Below are positions 1 through 12,690 of a DNA stretch of 64,000 bases, piece after piece. This DNA is from Paraspadella gotoi (lineage: Eukaryota; Animalia; Chaetognatha). The stretch spans positions 16,756,467-16,820,466 of the forward strand of contig CM119268.1 of the NCBI GenBank assembly GCA_051294375.1, in the 5' to 3' direction. A program made the translations under genes and the position numbers. Below the pieces are notes generated by a model. It searched no databases and had not been told where the DNA came from. It worked only from the letters and a program-made list of their open reading frames with translations. Position 1 is the first letter of the stretch. Each line of letters begins with the position of its first letter.

Positions 1-201
1 GCGCCGACAACGTCGACGGCCGACGCCGCCGAAGACGACGTCTCCTTTTCCGGCGCTCCCGACGTAAAGGACCTCAACGCCGCGGTCTGAGTCGTCGGCG
101 CCATCTTCTTCTTCCGCGGCCGGGGCTTCTTCCGAATTTCCCGCTGGATGTCGTTGAGGACAAACTCCTTCTTCATTCCCTCGGCGAAGCACTTGTTAAG
201 T
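1..201 (-). CDS. Nuclear receptor exon: end of DBD, C-terminal extension and hinge (continues beyond the window start)
   Basis: Acceptor ctcccaAG at 203-202; phase 2 completes AG|A (Arg) from the previous exon. Reads [39 protein letters not shown]..., i.e. the conserved RLxKC...GM DBD end, T-box and a basic NLS. Missed by the ORF track. Confidence 0.93.
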
Positions 202-944
202 CTTGGGAGGGGTGTGAGGGTGGGGTGGGGTGGGGGTAAGGAAGGAGGTTAATGAAAAGGTAATGTCAGGGTGAGAGTGTTGGGGGAGACGGGTGAGAGA
301 AAGAAGATTGAACGGTTTGACTTCAGGAAAACCAATATTGCAATCAGCGGATAAGTCTTCTGAGGATCTTTCGACTTTAAAATTGATAAAAAAAAAAAGT
401 AGGACGTTGAAAAGATTAATATTTTCTAACAATTACCGGTTAATAATCTATCATTGAAAATCTATCAAAGGGCCAAATAAAAATAATTATATGCTTTAGT
501 TAAAAGGAGTTTAAATCCTTGGAAATTACTTTAGTAATAGTAGAACCTGATTTTACTCCAGAGGAAGATAAAAACTATTCACTCATTTAAATTCGAAATA
601 GTTAAAAAAACAAGAAATTCTCTTTAATAGGAATTCGAAAGCCGGTCTCTAAAATTGCTTATTTTCATAGAAAAAGTAACTAATGACCATGTCAGCCAGA
701 CCTAAACGTAGCGTCTCGAACGTCAAGCGAAATATAAACCAGATCGGATCATCCAATTTGTTGCGCCGCGGTGACTTTATTTTTACGTGTATTTATCGTG
801 ACATGACATGACATGACTACAATAACTTTGTGCCGGTGTTTTTATGACACGCACTGCATCATTTTATTCTTTATAGTTTTAGGATTTCCTGAAGTCGGCG
901 CTAACAGTAACTAAATTTTGAAAATTTTTCCCTTCTTAACAAGT

Positions 945-1028
945 GAGCCGATTGACATATCGACCGACAGACCGACCAAAAAGTGACTTACAGAGTTGTA
1001 CCGCGAGTACTTGTGGCGCAACTAAAAA
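945..1028 (+). mobile_element. 3' end of a Helentron/HINE-like non-autonomous element
   Basis: (GACC/GACA) microsatellite, then AAAGTGACTTACAGAGTTG, an imperfect palindrome CCGCGAGTACTTGTGG and CGCAACTAAAAA. Resembles the ends of copies at 34.4 and 35.2 kb. Confidence 0.5.
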
Positions 1029-1139
1029 CGATAATTATCGGAATGGCTCGGATTCAACTCAGAACTCTTTCCTCAAGTTTCATTTCCCCGTTTGGTTTTT
1101 TCTTCCGAGATTATATTTTAAAATCTAATTTCATTTATG

Positions 1140-1465
1140 GATTCAAGATTCGATATCGAAATCGCGACGAAGAAGATTCTTCCGATGTTCGATCCCAACT
1201 TCTCGTTTTAAGGTCGCCCTCTTTCTTCCAGATCTCGACTTTGTTCCTGGCCTCTTTTATCGCGATTCACCGTCCCAATTTTGTATCAAGTTCACTTTCA
1301 TTGTGATTCTGTATCGCCCTCTTTTGTCAAGATTCAACCCGGAATTTTTTTGGTAAGATTCATCACTGCCCTCTTTCATTGCAATTCAGTCTTGTCCTTT
1401 TCTTGATTCATCATTGCCCTCTTTGGTCAAGATTCACCTCGCCCTCTATCGTCGAGATTCAACGT
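1140..1465. repeat. Degenerate intronic minisatellite
   Basis: Recurrent CAAGATTCA ... CGCCCTCTTT motifs at irregular spacing of a few tens of bp. Confidence 0.55.
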
Positions 1466-1752
1466 CAGTCTATTTCGCTAATTATGGCAAAGGTCGATTC
1501 TTATCAGATTGCATTATTTTTATTAGATGGAAAGGAGATATAGAAATCGGTAAAAAAAAGTAACAAATATAAAAGAACGAAAAAAAAATTATGGAACGAA
1601 GAGGGAAAAGAAAGAACTCATGAAAAAGGAACAAAGAAACGAATACCAAGAACGCGTCAGCAGGATTAAGAATCCCTTCCACTCGTCAATGATGACAGTT
1701 TTCTCTAGAACATATTGATAATAAGTTTAACCAATTGCAATGAAGAACTGAC

Positions 1753-1887
1753 CTGCAGCATTGGCATTTGCGTCTGACCCAAGCGTCCATGACGTCATTG
1801 CACTTGCCCTCAAACTTGCACTCGTATGTCGTGCGACGACTCACGCTTCGCCGGAAAAAGGCTTTGCACCCTTCACAGGAGATGACA
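1753..1887 (-). CDS. Nuclear receptor DBD exon (P-box, D-box, second zinc finger)
   Basis: ttacAG acceptor and AG|GTCAGT donor, 135 nt, phase 2/2. Translates (S)[44 protein letters not shown](R). Confidence 0.96.
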
Positions 1888-2698
1888 CTGTAATCAGAGA
1901 GAGGGTAAAGGAGGATAATTGTTAGGGAAGTTATTGTATTTAAAATTAAATTAATTTGCTTCTAAGATTAGTTGGAAGAAACAGAAATATAAAGAATTAA
2001 TGAATAAACGGTTCATGATATAGCAGTCCCATAGCTTCGGATAAGGCGGTAGAACCCACTTGCAGATGGGTCGAGGCCGCGTCGCACGTCACTACTGGGT
2101 GGCCACTGGGCTAAAAAACCAGACCTTTGGGTTGGGTAGGCGAATAACTTGCCGCCGTCCGGCCGACTCCAATGACCGGATTTTAATCCATAATATTTAA
2201 TTTTTTTATCTATTTCACTTTTTTGGATTCGTTCAACAGACTGGACATTGAACAATCATAATGAGAGATAATGACATAAATGAGAGAAGAAGAAAATTTG
2301 CAATAAAAAATTCTCGAGATGTACAAACAGAAAAATATATATCACTTTGAAGAGCATGACAAGTGTGAATGAACTAATCGCATCTCACGTCATTGTTAAA
2401 AACAATTCATAAATATTTAGATTTGAAATTATCCACACCGGATGCGGCGAAAAAGTTTCAGAGAAATGAGGAACTAACAAACAAAAATGAGCAATATTAG
2501 CAACAAATATGTACGAATCAATTAGTTAAATTACAAGGTTGCTCTCTAATTTGTTTATATATCGTCACATCTCAATCCCATCATTTTACTCGCAACGCGG
2601 ATTCCGCGAATTCCGCCCCATTCTCAAAACTTTCTTTCCCCTTAGCCTTTACACACCCTCACCCAACGGCGTTCGCCACGCCCACTCTCCACGCCCAC

Positions 2699-3463
2699 CT
2701 GTAGTGACATCCAGACGCCTTGTCACCGCAGATCATGCAGGCGGTCTTCCCCTCGTCCTCTTTGATCGCCGCCTTGGATCGGCGGTACCGCTTCGGCTTC
2801 GGCACCGACGCCAGAAGAATTTCCTTCCGCGTTTTTTCGACGCCGCCCGCTCCGCCGCCGACGCCGCCGACGCCGCCGACGACGTTCTTGAGAAAAAGCA
2901 TGGCGTCTCCCGTCGGCGAAGGGATCTTGACAGACGAGTCGGTCCGTCCGTCTTCGCACTCTTCCTCTTCCTCCTCGTCTTCCTCCCCCGCTTCCGTCGG
3001 AGAAGGACGAAGTTTGTCGAGAGGCGAAGAACGGCGATCGCCGTCGCAGAATCTTTTTTCGTCTTTCCAACTCTTCTCTTTTTTTTCTTCTTTTTCTTCG
3101 CCGCGAATAAAGTTGCGATTTCGATCCCTCGATTCCGACGGAGGCGACGACGAACGCTCGATCGACGCCGCAAAACGACGATGGGCGTCGCGTGAATCCT
3201 CGCGCGCCGACGACGACGACGACGACCAGGACGAAGACGAACACGTGCGCGTCATCGTCGTCATCGGCGGCGGCGGCGTCTCTAGCGACATCTTGCGCGG
3301 CGAAGACGGCGATGACGACGACGACGACGACGACGACGATGAGGACGACGACGCAGGGGAAGAGAGCGACGAGGATTGGGGAGGCGAGGGGCAGACGGGA
3401 GGCGGAGAAGGAGTGGACGAGGAGGTCGCTCGGCGGGGGAAAGGAGGCGAAGGGGGGGCGCCA
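2699..3463 (-). CDS. Nuclear receptor exon: Ser/Pro/Glu-rich A/B region and first half of zinc finger 1
   Basis: Branch point CTAAT, long polypyrimidine tract and CAG at 3466-3464. The frame is open from 3462 through Met 3291 to [13 protein letters not shown], then AG|GTGGGC donor at 2698. The true start codon is uncertain (Met 3291 or an upstream exon). Confidence 0.9.
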
Positions 3464-4140
3464 CTGGAGGGAGAGGGAGAGAGAGAAAGAGAGGAGAGAG
3501 ATTAGGAAAAGATTGAACAACAACAGGGTAAAATCTAGGAATAGGAAAAAAGAGAGGAAAGAGATTAAAAAAGAATCGTGGTTTTTGAAAATATTGTAAT
3601 TACTCCTAATGCGAATTTAACTATTAAAACACAAATTGTACCAATCGGTTTAATGAATTTGTTTGAATTGTTAAAAATATAAAACAGACTGACCCAATTA
3701 TAGCTCTGAGAAGGTTACCTAAAACGTTTTTGTAAAAACTTGCTAATTTCTGATTTTTATTTCCAGATGAAAGGACGAGAAACTGGAGAAAAAATTCGCG
3801 CCATTTTATTAAGCGATAAATATTTGATAAAACTTCCTCGAGATTCTCTGGAATCCCGATTTCACTTGGGGTCTACAAGAGATGAGTTCGGGTTTTACGG
3901 TTCGATCCACCGATCGCTCGCCCGCACTGTCGCCTGGTGGCCGCCCGCCCGGTTGCCTGGCTGCCCGTCTGGCTGGCTGCCCGCTCGACTCGTCGTCCGA
4001 ATGACGACCGCTTACCGCCCTCTCGTGGCTCCTTTCCTCCTGTCAATAAATTACTTTTGCAAGACTTGCGACTCTTTCCTTTTTTCTTCTTCTTCCCTTC
4101 GTCCGACTTTTATTTTTTTTCCCTCACTCTGTCTCGAGCC

Positions 4141-4171
<31 letters not shown>

Positions 4172-4225
4172 ATGTTTTTTTTTTCTTTCTTTCTTTCTTT
4201 CTTTCTTTCTTTATGCTTTCTTTTT

Positions 4226-4265
<40 letters not shown>

Positions 4266-4267
4266 TC
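4141..4267. repeat. Compound (TCTG)n/(TTTC)n microsatellite
   Basis: Directly visible tetranucleotide runs. Confidence 0.95.
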
Positions 4268-5766
4268 ATTCTTTTAGTTTTTCCTGGCCATCGATTTTTA
4301 ATTTTGTCAGAACGTTTTACTCATTTTTACCCTATTTTTTTGACACGCTAAACGTTTCTGATTACGCGAAGTAGATTGTGTGAATCAAAAAACTAGTAAT
4401 ATCAATAGTTAGTGTTATGTCTCGAATAGACGGAAAAAAATCCTCGTTAAAAATTCATTCGGGAAGTGAGGTAACGAAGCCTTACCAGTGGCATTGTCAC
4501 CGTCGAACATCTCGAAAATAATTATTTTTTATTTAATATGTTTGAAAGGGAAAATACAAAAATTCAGAATGCGGGTTCCGCTTGTATGCACATCAAGTAA
4601 AAAATGTTTTTAAAAGTTTTGGCACTTCCATGTCTTGGGGCTAGGGGGCAAAAGGGCGAATTAAAAAATTTTACCTTTTAATCAGTAAACAATGACATTC
4701 AAGATGAGTAGATTTTAATTTTTTTTTTTCTTCACTGAAATTTTTATTTAAAAAGAAATAAAAGAAAGCTAAAAATAAATTATCTTTTTTCTATTTAAAA
4801 AAAAATTATCAATACAATTTAACACAATGATGTCTTGCTTAGTCAAATATGTCCCCAGCTATGTAATTTTTTAAAATTTTTATTATGATAAACAAGCAGT
4901 GTGTCAAGCTTTTTTGTTGCAGTTGAAAGATAATGAAAAATGACGATTTTTCTCCACAGACAAGAAGGTAGACGTCCAACTGTTTATATTAAGCTGAAAA
5001 CATTTTTGTATTTATCATTTTTTAAATATTCAAAAAAACACTTTTATCAAGCTACTACATTAAATTTTTGCTTGTTTTTTACTTTAAACTGAAAATGCAA
5101 GCAATTTTATGCAGTAGAGAAAATTTAATGGTAATCAAAATGTAATTTAGTCCTTCCTTTTTCAATTTAAAGATTTAGGCATTTCCCAGGAGGGAATCAC
5201 TACCAGCGGTCCCGAAATGTCACACTCCACTAGTCATTATCTTCAGCCCATGGACAAGCCAATGAACCCGAGACCTATCGCAAACGTTCCCACCTTGCCA
5301 ACCTCGGGGGCGGAGGCCAGCTCATTTAAGACTCTTCTCTCAACATATTTAATTTTCACTAACTCATTACTACCTATCCCTATTACACTTTATATTTCTT
5401 CTATTTCAATTTCAACTTCTTTAACTCATTAATTATTTTATCAATGTTACTATCAGGTTTAACTATTAAGTTTGGTTATTTTATTTCTCTCGTATCATTT
5501 GTTTACATTACAAAAAAATCGTACGAAGATTTATTCTCTTACCCTGTGTCGTCTCTTTCTTCGTCCGTCTCCCTCTCTCCTCCTCTCTGTATTTCAAAAT
5601 TTCATCCAAACTTCTTGTTCCCCTGATCTTACTTTACTTCACCTGTCCTCATTATCTGACCACTGTCCTTTGGCTCAATTCTTTTTGTTTGGAAACTCCC
5701 TTTTTTTTCTGTCTCCTCTCCTCTCGTCTCTACTCTCTCTCCTAAACTAATGTTAAAAGGTAAAAT

Positions 5767-5830
5767 ATTGATGTGTCATAACTGATGAAGACTCTAAAAC
5801 TCAGAGTCGAAACATGGTCTTTATCAACAT
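5767..5830 (+). ncRNA. Minimal type I hammerhead ribozyme-like motif (Penelope/retrozyme type)
   Basis: CTGATGA-A-[GACTCT aaaactc AGAGTC]-GAAA-CATG-GTC: intact core, perfect 6-bp stem II, weak stem I. Confidence 0.6.
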
Positions 5831-8504
5831 ATACAATTCGTTGACTAGAAAACAAATAAAATTGCTTTTTTCTCTCCCCTAAATTCAAAACGCACAACTA
5901 AATTGATAGTTTGATACACAATTTAAGAAAGAAAAACAACAAATTTCATATAGCTTCAATGAAATTTTAATGCAAAAAAACTGTTATACTTTTAACTCCG
6001 ATTTAAATAAAGGCTGTGTAAAGATTTATGGATAAAATTTAATAAAACTTTTTTAGAAAGGTGTCCCATGATTAGGGCTTAAGTTTAATACCTCGCCCAC
6101 GTTCCTATCTCTTTTCTTTCAAAAGTTATTCAAGAAAATAACTTTTTTTACCGTTAGAGAACTAAAGATTTGAACTACACAGTACAAATCTTTGTTAAAA
6201 TAAAAATTTCGGCAGAGCAGGAGTATCTCAATTTATCCTATTGGTACAATACCTAAATTTCAAAATAAAACCTAAAAGAAAAATTTTCTGCCCTCTTGAG
6301 ACTTATGACTATCAGTGTACCCAATTGTCTTACTCATTTATGGATTATGATGGAAGAAATCAGTGAAACGTTTCCTCTTTTTTTTAAATAGTTTGTACTA
6401 GCTCGTCAGAAATCTAAGAAGAAACTCGAAAATTTTATTCTGACAAATTTTGCCTTTCAAGGCTGACGTTTATGACTATATCTCTGAAATCATTGTAGGA
6501 ATTTAAAAACGGTTTTTTGCAAGTGAATATTGATATCATCCTCCAGGGACCGGCATAAAAATATATAAAAAATATATATGATATTAGCTCTCGGGTGAGG
6601 TATCTAATTCTGTTTACTTTTTTTGTTTTTCTTTTCCTCTCTTTTTATCTTTTTTCCATAACCCGACTTTCCCCCTTTACTTTTAAAGTTGTCGAAGATG
6701 CTAGACTCAAACTCAAAGTGTCCAAAAACGTGAAAGCAGATAGCAAACGACGATAACGTCCAAGACAACGTCGACGACGACGACGACGACAACAACAACA
6801 ACAAAAAAACGGAAACAAACTGCCGACGCGAAACGAACGAACGAACGTCTTGAAACGAACGATGATTAGGAAGAGACCGGTTTGACTTTTTTTCTTCTTA
6901 CCATTTAAGTTAGTAGATACGTAAAACTGGAAAAAAAGAACGACGTTTAAAATCTAAGGAATCTTTTGCAATCAGAGCAGGTAAATCGACAGTTGAGCGT
7001 TGAAAAAATCGGAAACCCTGGTGATTCGTTTCCGCGAAGCAAATAGGGAAGAAACAAGCCCGTGAAAATTTCAAAATATTGTTGTTTCGATGTCGTGTTA
7101 AAAGAAAAGAAAAGAAAAGAAAAGAAGAGAAGAGAATGTTGGGTAGGAAATTGATCGAAGAGAAGAAAAGAAAGAAAAAGACTCGCGATGGCGTTGGATC
7201 GTCAGACGAAAATGGGAAAACGACGATTTTCCTCTTTGTCGTCGTCTTTATATATAGAAGTTGTCCTTTTTACCTCTGACGTTTTCATTGTCGCTGTCGT
7301 CTTCTCTTTGTTGCCAACATTTTTGTCGTCTTTGACCTCAAGGCTGTTTTTGTCGTCGTCGTCGTCGTCGTCGTCATCACCAATTTCCATCTCCGAATTC
7401 ATCCGATTTCTCTCTGAAGATCGAAACCCGAAATGGACTTTTCTTTTCATTCTCTTCTTTTTTCTTTCTTTATCTCATTTTCTAAAAAAAAAAATAGAGG
7501 ACGACGACGACGACGAGGACGACGACGAGGACGACGACGAATTCTCCGCCGATGCTTCCACGATTTCTGAGAAAAGAGAATCGGAGACGCGAAGAAAACG
7601 ATGTTTGAACGACAACAACAACGACAAAACACAGATGCAGCAAGGATGACAATAACAAAGAAATATGAAAGGCGTTGATGGTATTGCCGTCGTACGGCAG
7701 AAACGGAGGGGAAAGGGCGTTGAGGAAAAAAAAGAGCATCCTAAAAAATGACAACGGAAAGATTTGAGAATGACGACGACGACGACAGCGCGAAGGAAAA
7801 AGATACGTCGTTGCAAGGAAGAAACTTTTCTACATTTTTTAAGAAACGAGAGAAAAAAATAAAGGAAATAGAGACGAAAAAAAGAAAAGAAATTTAAGTA
7901 AAAAACAAATACAAATAATAGCTATGTAATAAAAAAGAAATAAAGGCGGATAAGAAAAAGATGAGACCGATGATGAGGGTCAGGGAGACGAAAAAGTAGA
8001 CGAGAAAGTCTTGATGACGTGAGAGCGAGGATACTCAATCGAGGGAGTGAGATGAGAGAGCACGAAGGACGGTGGTATTTGGCAGATGTCAAATGGCAGA
8101 TGATGATGTACGTTTAAAAGAGAACAGAGGTGGACAAAGATGACGATGACTTAAGATGACGGATGATGACTATTGACAACGATTAGACAACGTCAACGAC
8201 AATGATTGAGAACAATAATTTATAAGTAACGTAACATTGTCGACCGTGAAACCGACCGACCGACCGACAACGAAACCGAGTCTTCGAAACGCGGCGGTCT
8301 CACCTTTTGGATTCCGATTGTTTTTCTCTTCTCGGTTGGCATCGAAATCGGCGCTGATTAAATTCCTCGCGCAGAGCGTCGCGGCGTCGCGTGGGGGCGG
8401 ACGTGGTGTCGGAAGAGGGCGCCGGCGGCGGCGGCGTTGTTGGCGGCGGAGTGAGGAGGGCGGCCGATGTGGAGTGTAGAGGCTGTGATGGCGCGACTAG
8501 GGGG

Positions 8505-8614
<110 letters not shown>

Positions 8615-10151
8615 AGAAATATGTATTAAAAAAAATAACTAAAAAATCGTGACGGTTTCTAATTGGAATCTTAGCCAATACATAATAAAAGAATTTTTTT
8701 TTTCTTCGAGTTTTGACAATGAGAGAAAATAATTGTTTTAATCGAATTCTTTCGTAAAAAACACCAGAGTAATTGGAATCGTATGGAAATAACAACGTAG
8801 CCTTTTCAAAACGCATCATCATGTAATTAACAAAAATTCAGTTTATATTTTTTTAAAATTTTAATTGGACAAAGACTTGTCTTCGTTAATGATTGCTTAA
8901 TTTATGAATACACAAACTAAAACAATCGATAATGTGCAGTGCTTTCTACCTAACGCTGAACTCAAAGAGAGTTGTTAAAGTAGTACTTTTAATTATAAAT
9001 TTAAATTCACGCGCACGTGATGAATGGTTAGTTTAAACAGAAAACAGAAAACAGCAAACAGCAAACAGAAAAGGTCTAAACGAGGGCAATTCAATTGAAT
9101 CGTGACTAGCCGCTTTCAAAAAGCACGAATTTGTGATGATAAATTTACCGAATATTAATTTTTTTTTCAAAATAGAATTTCCTTTTTTTCCCCAAAATTT
9201 TAAGAGGAAATCGTCCTTCCAAAATTTTGGCTCCCGACGACATTTTTTTTTTTATATTTATTTCTTCATTTTTTAAAACCGCGAATATAAAAGGTGAAAA
9301 TAAAGGTTAGTGCGTATAAGACCGGAAAAAATATTAGACGAAAATATGTCGCAGAAAAATTTAATTTAAATCTGAGATCTTTTGTTTTTTTCTTCGGCGC
9401 CGGTGTCGGTTGGTATTGCGGAAATGTGCATTCAAATTTATGATAGATAAAATTAGATACGGTGTATATAAATGAGTCAAGAGCAATGTGTTTAAATTAG
9501 AAAACTCCGATGCTAAAAAAAGCTTGGTAAACGTTAATGACATTAGTATAAGATAAATTTCTATAAATATTATAAGTTTTGGTCACGGCCTTTTATCACA
9601 AGTTGTGTCTATTTCAATAAAAATCTCGTCAAAAGTTGTTTTCCTTCAAATTTGCTAAAAGAGAAATTGTTTTTAACAGTTGCTTTTAAAGTATACAGGT
9701 TTTTTAGACCAAATCGAATCATATTAGAAACACTGAGTGGGAAAGAAAATCAAAGACAGAAAAATAGAACGAGCTTTTTTGACAGTTCTCTCGGTATTCT
9801 TTATGAAAGTAATAAATTACGACACCCGTTCGATTAAGCAAGCTAAAAAAAAATAAATTGTCACATTATTCTTGCGATTCGTAATTAACTTTTATCAATA
9901 ATTATGTATTTTTAATTGCAAATACTTAGGCTATCATAAATTATCACAATCAGGATATACAATTAGCCTAAACAGCATTTTGATAGTTTTGTAATTTTAT
10001 AACAACCGGACTGGAGAGAGTGTGGCTCTTTACTAACAGACTCATGAAAAAAAATAAATTAAAAAAATGAAACAACATATACAAACAGACAAACAAAAAA
10101 ACTATTCTTTAAAAAAATCTTCTCTTCAGGATACCGCGAAAGAGAAATAAA

Positions 10152-10250
10152 ACCGATTGGCTAAAAGTCAAAAACTGTCTAAGCCGATTGGCGGCGTCTT
10201 TAGGTCCTTTGCCGCTTTGTCGGACGCGGCGTCTACCGGCGCGAAATTCG
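10152..10250. promoter_or_regulatory. Candidate promoter: tandem CCAAT boxes plus E2F-type site in a CpG-rich patch
   Basis: CCGATTGGC twice (ATTGG at 10156 and 10187, 31 bp apart) and GGCGCGAAA at 10238-10246. Confidence 0.4.
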
Positions 10251-10876
10251 TGGCGTGGCTTTATTCCTCTAAAGCATGCGGCTTTGCGTGAGATGGAGTT
10301 AGATTAAATGGAATACTATGCCTAAGGCAATCTTTGCTCCATTAAAGGCGTAGCGGGGTTCCGCTAAACTCGAAATGAATTGTAGTCCTCGGGATGCTTC
10401 ATTGATGCAACAACATCGTGTAGTACGAGACACTAGAAACACCGCGTAACACTAGACAGGATTTTCTGTAACATTCCAGCCTCGAAACGATGAAAGAGCA
10501 TTGTGACGCATGACGAGATGGAATGGCGAAGACATGGCGAAGACAGGGCGCCGCACCTCCCGCCAGGACTCGAAGTAAAAAAAAAAAGGCTAAACGCCGA
10601 TTAAATGAAGGATCGTTTAAAGAATCGAACGCGACGGAGATTTTGTGTTCGCCTTCGTTTTGAAAAAATAAAAATACAAACAAAACAAAACAAAAAAAGG
10701 AAGAACTTTTTTTCGAATTTAAACAAAATAGCAAAGATGGTGGCGCAAGGAGGAGGAGAAGGAAACGAGAGAACAAAGGAAAAAAAAACTGAGGGGAAAA
10801 AAAATTGAAAGCGAAATGCGACTAAATAAAACTCGGGAATCGTCTTGGAAAAAAAATATATAAAAAAGAATAGCGA

Positions 10877-10985
<109 letters not shown>

Positions 10986-12169
10986 AGATAAGGCTCGAAA
11001 ACTTTTTTTGTTCTCGCAAGAAAAAAAGATTTATGATCTTTTCGAGAAAAAAAAATTTCATTTTCAGTTGTTTTCGAGAGAAAGAATTCTTTTGGAATAA
11101 AAACAAAGAAAAATACTAACAAGTATAGACGTATCTACAAGGGTAACGATACCGTTTTTGACTGAGAAGTGAAATAAAAGGAAAAACTTTGTCATACATC
11201 GTGAATGTCTCCATGACTTGAGGTTGCGTTTGAAAATGAAATTGCATGAAATTGGTACAAGCAATATGGAAATTATCCATTCATTTAATAAATAAGGTAT
11301 CTTGCCCCTGACTTTGGACAGGCTTTGGTGGTTTAAGGCCACCATCACTTTTACATTACTCTTATATTCTTTAGGGTGATACAACATTTTTATAGTTAAC
11401 TATATAGAAGAATAGATAAAATAATAATTATAAAGAGTAACGGAAAGTAATAATACAGTATTAGATAATAACATACTGCTAAGATACCTAAGTGATAATT
11501 CACCTGTCGGCAATTGGCAATAGGCAATTTGTCTCACCATGCTGCGGGAAGTTATTACAATTCTCAGCACAAAATTTATGTAGATTCGGCAAACATTCAC
11601 CTTGCAGATTTATTATAAATTTAACGGGCAAAACTTTAACTGACAAATGATCAAATATAATCGGAAATTTCTTCGTGAAAAACAAATGATCAAACGGAAA
11701 TCCTTCGTTAAACGATTTTTAAGACAAACGAAAAAGATCGCAGACAGATTTAGCAAGCATCTTCGGATTTCAGAAATTTCTTAAAAGACAATGAACATCA
11801 AGATGTTCCCATCAATATAATTAACAAATCTAATATTAGAGGTAATATTAGAACTTTTTTAAAAAACGAAATAACATTTACTAAGCGACCAACGCATCAT
11901 ACGCTATGAATCATTCTAAACAAGGAAGGACGATTGGGATGTTGTTAGCGTTACAAAATTGTGTCCAAATTTACGAAATTAAAAAGCAGGCTTCTATTTT
12001 AAAGTCTTGAGAAATTGTAATGGCTTCTAGTCAATAAAGAACGCGCAACACAATTTGCCGCCTTTTTATCTTCTCTTCTCCGCATGAAATGATGTATGTT
12101 GCCAAGTCTCCGTCTAAAACTGGACAAACGTCATCTCTCCACCTCTCTTCTTCTTCCTTCTCTCGCCGA

Positions 12170-12460
12170 CTGTCTTTCTCTCTTTATTATTCTCGCCTTT
12201 GCCACTTTTACTCCCCTCCTTTCCTTCTCTACCCCCCATCGTCCTTTTATTATTACTCTCGATTTCTCCCTCCCTCCTCCTCATCCCTCCCTTTCTCCCT
12301 CCCTATCCTCTCTTTATAACTCTCTTTCCCTTCCCCTTTTCTTCCTTCCCTCCCCCCTCCCCTCCCTTTCTCTCTTTATTACTCTCGCTTTTCCCCTCCC
12401 TTCCTCCTCCCTGTCCCCTCTCTCCCTCCACCCTTCCTCTCTTTATTATTCTCGCTTTTT
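12170..12460. repeat. Polypyrimidine minisatellite
   Basis: About five copies of CTCTTTATTA(T/C)TCTCG separated by C/T-rich spacers. Confidence 0.7.
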
Positions 12461-12639
12461 CTGAATTAAGACGAACAACTTCCCCGTTGAAAGACGACCA
12501 ACAGAACAGCGCGTTGGAACGTGATAGTGGAAGCGAAATAAGTGCGAAGAGATAAATTAAAAAGCCATATCGCAGTTTTCTCGTTACCTCTCAGTGGTCT
12601 GGGGCCTTAAGGAAATCATATGCGTTTTAATATATTAAG

Positions 12640-12690
12640 AATTCACACTGATGAAAGTATAAAATTAAGACCGAAACATGTCTGTGATTT
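12640..12690 (+). ncRNA. Decayed minimal hammerhead ribozyme-like motif
   Basis: TCACA-CTGATGA-...-GAAACATGTC-TGTGA: perfect 5-bp stem I, palindromic ACATGT stem III, GUC site; stem II is degenerate. Confidence 0.6.

Noticed and set aside
2539-3599. Long overlapping ORFs on both strands (218, 261 and 266 aa etc.)
   Set aside because: By-products of a GC-rich, trinucleotide-repeat exon. Only the frame leading to CMICGDK splices into the DBD.
4486-4510. Possible ATG-containing micro-exon with GTAAGG donor on the minus strand
   Set aside because: It ends in phase 1, incompatible with the 3463 exon, and the phase-2 frame contains TGA. It could only be UTR.
7202-7450. 82-aa acidic ORF with a FLAG-like YKDDDK
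   Set aside because: Produced by (GAC)n repeats. No domain, and its internal donor is phase 0. Not a vector tag.
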